Positions 20,694 through 28,097 of a stretch of 64,000 nt of DNA are shown one piece after another. Made by a program: the position numbers and the translations under genes. This DNA comes from Candidatus Omnitrophota bacterium (GTDB lineage: Bacteria > Omnitrophota > Gorgyraeia > Gygaellales > Profunditerraquicolaceae): positions 96,001-160,000 of the forward strand of contig JBEKSD010000001.1 of assembly GCA_049517335.1 (NCBI GenBank), given 5' to 3'. Below the pieces are notes generated by a model. The model was not told the origin of the DNA, made no database searches, and saw only the letters and a list, made by a program, of their open reading frames with translations. Every line of letters starts with the position of its first letter. Positions within the stretch are counted from its first letter, which is position 1.

Positions 20694-21257
20694 ATGAGCT
20701 ATAAAAACGAGACTTTAAGAAAATACCTTGATGATTTAGCGGCTAAACTTCCTGCTCCCGGAGGTGGTTCAGCGTTGGCAATGAACGCGGCTTTAGGCGC
20801 GAGCTTAATCACTATGGTTATAAATTTCACCCTCGGCAAGCCAAAATACGCTAAATATGAAACGGAGCTGAAAAAAGATTTGATAAAATCCGAGAAATTA
20901 AGGGATGAATTTCTGCACTTGGTAGATTTGGATATCGCAGCTTATAATAGTAAGGATGCGCGTAAAGCGCTGAATGTCCCTTTTATGGTTAGCCGCCTTT
21001 GTTTTGAGGGCATAAAACTTTGCCCTGAGCTGGTAAAGAAGGGTAACGTTAATTTAATCAGCGATGTGGTGGTAGCGGCCATACTTTTAGAAAGCGCTTT
21101 TGTGAGCGCGTATTTTAACGTTGAAATAAACTTAAAAATTTTAGAGGATAAGGAATTAAGCAGGACAATAAGAAAAGAACTGGCGATAAAGAGGAAAGAA
21201 ATTACTAAAATCAGGCTAAAAACGGAGGAAAAAGTTGGCGAAATTATTAGAGGGTAA
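20694..21257 (+). CDS. Formiminotetrahydrofolate cyclodeaminase / methenyl-THF cyclohydrolase family (FTCD_C)
   Basis: LAAKLPAPGGGSA, GN.NLISD, NVEINL; directly upstream of folD. Confidence 0.9.
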   Translation: MSYKNETLRKYLDDLAAKLPAPGGGSALAMNAALGASLITMVINFTLGKPKYAKYETELKKDLIKSEKLRDEFLHLVDLDIAAYNSKDARKALNVPFMVSRLCFEGIKLCPELVKKGNVNLISDVVVAAILLESAFVSAYFNVEINLKILEDKELSRTIRKELAIKRKEITKIRLKTEEKVGEIIRG

Positions 21258-22077
21258 ACCCATTGCGGAAAAAATAAAGGAAGAAATACGCTCGGAAGTT
21301 GCCGCATTAAAGATACGCCCGGTTTTAGCATCCATACAAATCGGAGAGAATGCCGGAGCCGCTGCTTACGTAAAATCGCAGGCTAAAGTTGCCGAGAGTT
21401 TAGGCATTGAATACCAATTGCATAAATTGGCAGCGGAAACAGCCGAAACGCATTTAATTGATTTTATCCAGAAATTAAATCTGAATAAATCAGTGCACGG
21501 AATAATCGTGCAGATGCCCCTTCCCGCGGGAATAGATTATAAAAAAATAAGCCAGTATATTGAGCCGAAGAAGGACGTAGAAGGGATGCATCCGGCTAAT
21601 ATCGGTAAGCTTATTTTCGGCAAGGCAAAGTTAGCCCCTTGCACCGCAGCTTCGGTAATGGAATTAATAAACTCAACCGGCGTTGATTTATACGGAAAAG
21701 AAGTTGTTATCGTAGGCCACAGCGAGATAGTAGGTAAACCGCTTGCTCTTTTATTGCTTGAAAAGTTTGCCACGGTTACAGTCTGTCATATCGGCACCAG
21801 CAAAGCAGGCAAACTTGAGGAGCATGTTAAAAAAGCTGAGGTCCTAATCGTGGCAGTGGGTAAAGCCGGCCTGATTAAAGGGAATTTAGTTAAAGAAGGT
21901 GCTATCGTTATTGATGTCGGTATTAACCGCGTTGCGGATAAAATAGTCGGGGATGTGGAGTTTGAGGAGGCAGAGAAGCGTGTCTCCTATATTACGCCGG
22001 TTCCCAGAGGCGTCGGCCCGCTGACCGTGACTATGTTGATGCGCAATTTAGTTGAGACAGCCAAGTTGCAACAATAG
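21235..22077 (+). CDS. folD: Bifunctional methylene-THF dehydrogenase/cyclohydrolase
   Basis: GIIVQMPLP, KDVEGMHP.N.G, PCT, S.IVGKP, VIDVGINR, TPVP.GVGP. Confidence 0.96.
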   Translation: MAKLLEGKPIAEKIKEEIRSEVAALKIRPVLASIQIGENAGAAAYVKSQAKVAESLGIEYQLHKLAAETAETHLIDFIQKLNLNKSVHGIIVQMPLPAGIDYKKISQYIEPKKDVEGMHPANIGKLIFGKAKLAPCTAASVMELINSTGVDLYGKEVVIVGHSEIVGKPLALLLLEKFATVTVCHIGTSKAGKLEEHVKKAEVLIVAVGKAGLIKGNLVKEGAIVIDVGINRVADKIVGDVEFEEAEKRVSYITPVPRGVGPLTVTMLMRNLVETAKLQQ

Positions 22078-22407
22078 ATGAAAACCATAGCTTTATTGAC
22101 CATATCCAATGTCTTTATGACATTTGCTTGGTACGGTCATTTGAAGTTTAAGAATTCACCCCTATGGATTGTAGTTTTAGTAAGCTGGGGAATCGCGCTT
22201 TTTGAGTATTGTTTTCAGGTGCCGGCAAACCGCATCGGCCACTACCGTTATTCCGCAGCCCAGCTTAAGACCATTCAGGAAGTTATTACGCTGGTAGTTT
22301 TCAGCGTCTTTTCAATATTATACCTCAAGGAAGAATTCCGCTGGAACTACGCGGTTGGTTTCTTATGTATCTTAGCGGCAGTATTTTTTATCTTTAAAAA
22401 GTGGTAA
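22078..22407 (+). CDS. DMT-superfamily small membrane protein (DMT_6 type)
   Basis: SNVFMTFAWYGHLK, SWGIALFEYCFQVPANRIG, QLKTIQEVITL. Confidence 0.9.
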   Translation: MKTIALLTISNVFMTFAWYGHLKFKNSPLWIVVLVSWGIALFEYCFQVPANRIGHYRYSAAQLKTIQEVITLVVFSVFSILYLKEEFRWNYAVGFLCILAAVFFIFKKW

Positions 22408-22415
22408 ATTTTTGC

Positions 22416-22650
22416 GGGTCCTGTCGAGTCGCATTTTCGCAGGATTCGTTTAGATTTTTCCTCCGCTTTGCGGGGTCGGCAAAGACTTTTCGTATTTTTG
22501 GCGGCTGCGGAACTCGCGCCTCGAGCTCTGGCTCTCGGCGCCCAAACATCCTCACCGTTCCGGTGTTGTCGCTTCGCTCCACCGGGATTCCCAAAAATAC
22601 TCAAGTTCTTTGCCTAAGAATCTAAATTCGCTCGAAATCACGACAGATTC
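22416..22650. repeat. Branched palindromic element A (structured ncRNA, MITE or REP-like)
   Basis: Nested stems CTGTCG/CGACAG, TTTAGATTTTT/AAGAATCTAAA, GGCAAAGA/TCTTTGCC and GTATTTTTGG/CCAAAAATAC, plus three side or terminal hairpins. Confidence 0.8.
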
Positions 22651-22705
22651 ATTAAGGATATTTGTTCTGAATTAGGTATCGTGTCTCTGGAATTATGTTG
22701 GAAAC

Positions 22706-22722
22706 CTATAAACTACACGGCA
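22706..22722 (+). repeat. 17-bp direct repeat, left copy (CTATAAACTACACGGCA)
   Basis: 16/17 identical to 23221-23237; ends 11 nt before the PIN-gene ATG. Confidence 0.9.
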
Positions 22723-22733
22723 GATAGACTATT

Positions 22734-23220
22734 ATGGCTTTAAAAATAACATTAGATACAAATTGTCTTTTTGATTATTTTGAACGTAATCCTCAATATA
22801 TTGAAAAGTTAATAGAGTTTCAGAACGAGGGTAAAATAGAACTTGCAATTACAACAAGAGTTCAAGCTGACACTTTCGGTAAAAGAGAAGATAGCCCTAT
22901 TTGGCAGAAAAATAAAATCCTTTCCCTGTATTACAATTGGGAGTATTGGAAGGCACGATGTTTCTTATTATGATAGTGGTGATGTTTATGCAGGCGACGA
23001 TGATAATTTGCAGGATTTAATTCAATCTTGCATAGGGAATGACGTAAAAAGAATCATCGATGTCGACCATCTGATTGCTCACATTATTAATAAGAGAGAT
23101 ATTTTTGTAACGAGCGATACTGACGATTTTATAAAACACAGAGATTGTTTGGAGCAAAAGTGTAGTATCAAGATTATGACTCCAGAAGAATGTATCAATT
23201 TTCTGAAAAGTCAAACATAG
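22734..23220 (+). pseudogene. PIN-domain (VapC-like) nuclease gene split by a +1 frameshift in an A5 run (22908-22912)
   Basis: ORF 22734-22973 supplies ITLDTNCLFD. ORF 22843-23220 supplies D.DHL..H...RDIFVTSD.DDF and IMTPEE. Removing one A gives a continuous 161-aa PIN-like protein. Visibly AT-richer than the flanks. Confidence 0.8.
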
Positions 23221-23237
23221 CTATAAACTATACGGCA
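23221..23237 (+). repeat. 17-bp direct repeat, right copy (CTATAAACTATACGGCA)
   Basis: Begins at the base immediately after the PIN-gene TAG stop. Confidence 0.9.
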
Positions 23238-23257
23238 CGTAGCCCAAAGGTTAGTGG

Positions 23258-23455
23258 TTATTTTATAAAATTTTAGGAGTTTTGGCTTGAGCGTGCGTTA
23301 AAATTTTTGGCACAGCTATTAAAACACAGTCTGCAAGGATTTACGACGAGCTAAGGCGTGAGAATGCGATAGTCTAATCGAAAGCGAGGAGTAAACCGCG
23401 GCAGACGGCAAAAATTTTTAGCACGCGGAAGACAAAACGCCTAAAAGGAAAATAA
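23258..23455. repeat. Long palindromic element B (structured ncRNA, MITE or REP-like)
   Basis: TTATTTT/AAAATAA, TTTTAGGAGTTTTGGCTT/AAGACAAAACGCCTAAAA (16/18), GCGTGC..TAAAATTTTTG/CAAAAATTTTTAGCACGC, GTCTGC/GCAGAC, TTTAC/GTAAA. Confidence 0.8.
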
Positions 23456-23462
23456 GACAAAG

Positions 23463-23708
23463 ATGAAGAAGATTAAAACTGGTTTTATGCTTATAGAGTT
23501 CTTGTTGGTTCTGGTGATAATTATGTTTGTTGTATTCAAGGTATGGGATATTTATTTTAAGAAGCCGGCCTTGAACAAAGAGACCCAAAAAGTTATGACT
23601 GAGCAAGGCGTAGACACTACAAATTATAAAACAATTAGTGATAGCATCAAAAATAAGGTAGAGGATATTCAAAGTCAGCATATTAATGAGCTGATGAAAA
23701 TACAATAG
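23463..23708 (+). CDS. Small prepilin-like protein (class III signal peptide)
   Basis: MKKIKTG|FMLIEFLLVLVIIM: basic leader, G|F cleavage site, Glu at +5, hydrophobic helix. Confidence 0.78.
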   Translation: MKKIKTGFMLIEFLLVLVIIMFVVFKVWDIYFKKPALNKETQKVMTEQGVDTTNYKTISDSIKNKVEDIQSQHINELMKIQ

Positions 23709-23721
23709 AGCGGAAATACCC

Positions 23722-23749
23722 TTGCAGCTTTAGATATTTATGGTAAAAT
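23722..23749 (+). promoter_or_regulatory. Putative promoter of metF-acsB (probably leaderless mRNA)
   Basis: TTGCAG-16 bp-TAAAAT with extended TG; the ATG lies 6 nt after the -10 box and has no SD. Confidence 0.55.
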
Positions 23750-23755
23750 TTTGCA

Positions 23756-24625
23756 ATGACCTTTAAAGAAAAATTATTAGCAGGAAAATTCGTAGTTACC
23801 TCGGAAATCGGCCCGCCAAAGGGTATTGAAACCCATAAATTATTGGAAGACGCCGAGCTTGTGCGCGGTAGGGTTGACGGAATCAATGTCACGGACCTAC
23901 AGAGTTCAGTGATGCGGCTTGGATCGCTTGTTGTCTGCAGCCTCTTAAAACAAAAAGGCTTTGAGCCGATATTCCAGATTACCTGCCGCGACAGGAACCG
24001 CTTGGCGCTGCAATCTGATATTTTATCCGCAGCTGCCTTAGGTATAGAAAATTTGTTGATTTTAACCGGCGACCATACCACCATGGGCGACCATCCTGAG
24101 GCAAAGCCGGTATTTGATTTGGATTCGGTGCAGCTTTTAGAGGTGGTGCGTAAACTCCAGGCAGGCACAGATATGAAAGGTAATAAACTGGAAGGCGCTG
24201 CGCCGAAATTTTGCGTGGGCGCGGTAGTCAATCCGGGCGCAGACCCTATTGAGCCGCAGATTCTTAAAATGGAGAAAAAAATAGAAGCCGGAGCGCAATT
24301 TTTTCAGACCCAGGCCATTTATGATATAAGAATATTTGAAAATTTTTTAAGCAAAGTCAAACATCTTAAAGTCCCCATTTTGGGCGGGATAGTATTATTG
24401 AAGTCCGCGGGTATGGCGCGTTTCATGAATAAAAATGTTGCCGGCGTAAGCGTGCCGGATAATTTGATTAAAGAAATGGAAGAAACAAAAGATAAAGTTG
24501 CAAAATCCGTTGATATTGCCTCAAGGCTGATTAAAGAATTAAAACCCCTCTGTCAGGGCATACATATTATGCCCATAGGCTGGGATACAAAAGTACCGTT
24601 AGTGTTAGACGCATCAGGATTGTAA
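23756..24625 (+). CDS. metF: 5,10-methylenetetrahydrofolate reductase
   Basis: EIGPPKG, INVTD, QITCRDRNRLALQSD.L, LTGD, KKIEAGAQFFQTQ. Confidence 0.94.
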   Translation: MTFKEKLLAGKFVVTSEIGPPKGIETHKLLEDAELVRGRVDGINVTDLQSSVMRLGSLVVCSLLKQKGFEPIFQITCRDRNRLALQSDILSAAALGIENLLILTGDHTTMGDHPEAKPVFDLDSVQLLEVVRKLQAGTDMKGNKLEGAAPKFCVGAVVNPGADPIEPQILKMEKKIEAGAQFFQTQAIYDIRIFENFLSKVKHLKVPILGGIVLLKSAGMARFMNKNVAGVSVPDNLIKEMEETKDKVAKSVDIASRLIKELKPLCQGIHIMPIGWDTKVPLVLDASGL

Positions 24626-24627
24626 TT

Positions 24628-27171
24628 ATGTCTCCCTTACCGCAAATTCCCGGAGCAAAGAAAAAAGGCGTATTGTTATTAAGCTCTAAGGAAGACTTTA
24701 ATAAATTAGATAGTTTTCTTATTAACGATACTGTTTGTATCAGCGGTCCGGCGAAGTCTGCGTTTGATTTAGCCCGGTCCATAAATGAAAAATATAAAGT
24801 TGAAGTTAAGCTCGTAGCTGAGGGTAAATTGGAAGAAACGCTGCCTGTCGGTATTGAAGTAATGAGCAGCCCTATTCAGGAAATTGTCGGCGAAGGCAGG
24901 GCAGAGGCGGTTAAATTCAAGGACGGGAAAGCCGTCGGTGCTTGTTTAGTTTTATTTACTGAAGACATAATTCAGGATAAAGGAGAAAATATGGCTGACT
25001 TACTTATACAACTGGGGACAAAAGGCACGGACGCGGTATTGAACCTTGCCAAGGATACGTTAAAAAAACAGATTGCTGAAAAAGGAAAAGATTCTAATAT
25101 TTCTTTTCCGGAAACGAATTATTATTTTCCGCTTATCAATGCTTTGCTTAATATTGAAGTAAAGACGCTTCAGGACTGCGAAAATGCCCTTATCCAGGCG
25201 GAAGGCTTAAGCAGTAATAAGCCGGCTAAGAGCGGGTTGAATATCGCTCCTCTTGGGGGGATATTGAATAAAGGGGTGGCTACATTAATTGCCGAAGAAA
25301 TACTCGCTGCTTTATTTACTGCCAATAGCGCACATCCTAAGGGCGGGATCGGCTTTATTCCGGATAAGATTTTACGTTCTTTAGGTTTACAGTTAGTTGA
25401 CGGCAGGATTACCGGTATCGCCGTAATCTTAGGCCCGGCAAAAGATGCAGACGCTGCTGCAGATTTAATCCGCGATTTCCAGTCTAAGAGCATTGTCAGC
25501 CTACTTGCCGGGAATATTAACGGCAATACCTTTCAGAAGCAACTGGAGAGTAAAGGCATTGAAATCGGCTTGGATAATTATATTGTTCCACTGGGCGAAG
25601 ATTACCTGTCGGCGATTTACGCGGTGAACTTCGCGGTAAGGGCGCCGTTAATATACGGAGGCTTTAAGCCCGGGCAGTGGGAAGGGGTTGCTGATTATAT
25701 CCGCAACCGTGTGCCTGCGTTCGTTTTACTCTTAGGCCATGTTGATGAAATAATTGTTGCCACTGGTTTGGGTGTTTTAGCTTTCGGTTTACCGATTATT
25801 ACGGATTTGGATATTCCTCAATTGGGGAAAATTGATACGACATTATTTGAGGCGCTGGTAACTGAAAAAGATTATAAAAAACTGCCTTCAAAATGTATTT
25901 TGGCCAGAGGCATTAAAGTTAAAATGGCTGAAGTTGCAATTCCTATTCTTTATGCTGCGGCATTTGAAGGTGAGAGAGTAAGAAAAGAGCAGCTTTATGT
26001 GGAGTTCGGGGGAAAAGCCAGCAGCGCACTTGAGTTCTTAACCGCAAAAAAAGAAGAGGAAGTGGATGACGGCAAAATTGAATTGATCGGAGCGGACATT
26101 GATAAACTGCCACCTGGGAAAAAATCAATGCCTTTGGCAATTGTGGTTGATGTTTTTGGCCGCAAAATGCAAAAGGATTTTGAGCCGATTTTGGAACGCC
26201 AGATACACCGTTTTGTAAATTACGCTATGGGTATTATGCATATGGGCCAGCGCGATATGATCTGGGTGAGAATCAGCAGGGATGCCTTTAATAAAAGTTT
26301 CAGGCTAAAACATCTCGGAGTGGTATTGCACGCGATGCTGCATCAGGAATATAGCGCCATTGTGGATAAAGTGGGAGTAAAACTTTATACCAATCAGGCG
26401 GATGTGGAAAGATTATTAGCTGTCGCCAAGAAAACTTTTGATGAGCGCGATGAGCGTTTAGGCGGGATGACTGATGAAAGCGTGGATACCTATTATTCCT
26501 GCCTTCTTTGCCAGTCATTTGCCCCGAACCACGTCTGTATTATTACTCCAGAACGCTTGGGGCTTTGCGGTGCCTATTCGTGGCTTGACGGAAAAGCTTC
26601 TTATGAAATTATGCCTACCGGGCCGAACCAGCCGGTTAAAAAAGGAGCAGTGCTTGATGAGCGGCTGGGTCAGTGGGAAAACGTCAATGCTTTTGTTAAG
26701 GAAAAATCCAATAAGACTATTGATAAAGTAAGCATGTATTCGATGATGGATGGGCCGCAGTCTTCCTGCGGGTGTTTTGAATGCATCTTGGCGATAATCC
26801 CTGAAGCTAACGGAGTAATGATTGTTAACCGCGATTATTCCGGGATGACCCCTAGCGGAATGACCTTTACCACTTTGGCAGGGTCAGTCGGAGGAGGTGT
26901 ACAGATACCAGGTTTCCTTGGAGTGGGGAAGTTTTATCTTTTGAGCAGGAAATTTATTTTCGCTGAAGGCGGCTTAAAGCGCTTAGTCTGGATGCCCAAA
27001 GAATTAAAAGAACTTTTAGGGGACAAATTGACCAACCGCGCCAAAGAAATAGGGGAGCCGGATTTAATTGATAAAATAGCTGATGAGACTGTTGCCACGA
27101 CATCCGATGAGCTCCTCAATCATTTACAAAAGGTTAGGCACCCTGCGCTTACGCTGGAGCCGTTGATGTAG
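24628..27171 (+). CDS. acsB: Acetyl-CoA synthase (CODH/ACS complex, A-cluster subunit) with a 121-aa N-terminal oxidoreductase-like extension
   Basis: A-cluster ligands CLLCQSFAPNHVC, GLCGAYSWLD and SCGCFEC; FPETNYYFP; DFEPILERQIH. A second SD (AAGGAG) and ATG lie at 24991. Confidence 0.93.
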   Translation: MSPLPQIPGAKKKGVLLLSSKEDFNKLDSFLINDTVCISGPAKSAFDLARSINEKYKVEVKLVAEGKLEETLPVGIEVMSSPIQEIVGEGRAEAVKFKDGKAVGACLVLFTEDIIQDKGENMADLLIQLGTKGTDAVLNLAKDTLKKQIAEKGKDSNISFPETNYYFPLINALLNIEVKTLQDCENALIQAEGLSSNKPAKSGLNIAPLGGILNKGVATLIAEEILAALFTANSAHPKGGIGFIPDKILRSLGLQLVDGRITGIAVILGPAKDADAAADLIRDFQSKSIVSLLAGNINGNTFQKQLESKGIEIGLDNYIVPLGEDYLSAIYAVNFAVRAPLIYGGFKPGQWEGVADYIRNRVPAFVLLLGHVDEIIVATGLGVLAFGLPIITDLDIPQLGKIDTTLFEALVTEKDYKKLPSKCILARGIKVKMAEVAIPILYAAAFEGERVRKEQLYVEFGGKASSALEFLTAKKEEEVDDGKIELIGADIDKLPPGKKSMPLAIVVDVFGRKMQKDFEPILERQIHRFVNYAMGIMHMGQRDMIWVRISRDAFNKSFRLKHLGVVLHAMLHQEYSAIVDKVGVKLYTNQADVERLLAVAKKTFDERDERLGGMTDESVDTYYSCLLCQSFAPNHVCIITPERLGLCGAYSWLDGKASYEIMPTGPNQPVKKGAVLDERLGQWENVNAFVKEKSNKTIDKVSMYSMMDGPQSSCGCFECILAIIPEANGVMIVNRDYSGMTPSGMTFTTLAGSVGGGVQIPGFLGVGKFYLLSRKFIFAEGGLKRLVWMPKELKELLGDKLTNRAKEIGEPDLIDKIADETVATTSDELLNHLQKVRHPALTLEPLM

Positions 27172-27196
27172 AGGAGATTAATCCTTTAAAATCTTC

Positions 27197-27224
27197 TTGA
27201 CGAAGAACAAACTATATGTATAAT
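27197..27224 (+). promoter_or_regulatory. Putative sigma70 promoter
   Basis: TTGACG (27197)-16 bp-TATAAT (27219). Confidence 0.65.
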
Positions 27225-27240
27225 AATACCAACAACTAAT

Positions 27241-28026
27241 ATGCCTAAATCCCGCCAAATAGTTAAAATTACGAAAATAATACTTGCAATTGGATTTGTA
27301 TTTTTTATTTTACGCCCTGTTCAGGCTGCCAATGTTTCATCTGCTTCCAATAATGGCGATAAAATTACTGCGCAGGCAAATGAGACACCTCCCCAGCTGC
27401 AAGATATGGCTAGGGGTTACCGTGATCAGGGGCTGACAGCCCAGAATTCCGGGGATATAAATACGGCGATGAAGTATTACCAGAAAGCGATTGAGCTTGA
27501 CTCTTATTATGCCGCGCCTTACAATGATTTAGGGGTTCTTTATGAAGCAGGCGGTTCCATTGACCGGGCAGAGCAGAGTTACCTTAAAGCCATTGAGATA
27601 AATCCGGATTATTTAAGTGCCTACACAAACTTAGCACTGTTCTATGAAAATAAACGCGATTTGAACAAAGCAGGTTATTATTGGCAAAAAAGGGCGCAAT
27701 TGGGCCAGCCTGATGATTTCTGGACCCAAAAAGCAAGCCAGCGTGCCGAAGATTTACGCGTAGTCATGTCGGCAACGCCGATTAAGGATGCCCGCGAACA
27801 GGAAGTCCTTGGGCTTATGAAGGATATTTCCGCTAATAGGTCTTTATTAAATCAGGATAACACTGCTTTAGCAAACGACCATTTCCAGAAAGCCAAGAGG
27901 TATTATAATAAGGGGGACCTGGCTTCGGCATTTAAGGAAGCGTTAGACGCCCAGTATCTCGACCAGAATAACAGCGAAATTGAAGAATTCCTGGATAAAA
28001 TTCAGGAAAGAGCATTATCAAAGTAA
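27241..28026 (+). CDS. Exported tetratricopeptide-repeat protein
   Basis: Signal peptide (..VQA|A) and TPR motifs YYQKAIELD..YA..YNDLGVLY, YLKAIEINPDY..AY.NLA. Confidence 0.88.
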   Translation: MPKSRQIVKITKIILAIGFVFFILRPVQAANVSSASNNGDKITAQANETPPQLQDMARGYRDQGLTAQNSGDINTAMKYYQKAIELDSYYAAPYNDLGVLYEAGGSIDRAEQSYLKAIEINPDYLSAYTNLALFYENKRDLNKAGYYWQKRAQLGQPDDFWTQKASQRAEDLRVVMSATPIKDAREQEVLGLMKDISANRSLLNQDNTALANDHFQKAKRYYNKGDLASAFKEALDAQYLDQNNSEIEEFLDKIQERALSK

Positions 28027-28097
28027 GTTACCACAATCTTTTAGTTTCCTCCCCATAAATCAAGAAAATCGTACGTGAAAAATTCCGTTAGATAATA

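Noticed and set aside
22347-22625. Three overlapping 66-85 aa ORFs across element A
   Set aside because: They are by-products of a GC-rich palindrome, with no SD, no recognisable motifs and atypical composition.
22676-22703. dif-like site (TTATGTTGGAA resembles an XerD arm)
   Set aside because: There is no matching inverted XerC arm (..CATAA) 6 bp upstream.
22706-23237. CRISPR mini-array
   Set aside because: Only two 17-bp repeats, 515 bp apart, enclosing a gene; no cas genes.
22706-23455. Classical integron cassette with attC
   Set aside because: No RYYYAAC...GTTRRRY pair follows the stop codon and there is no intI. The boundaries are direct repeats instead.
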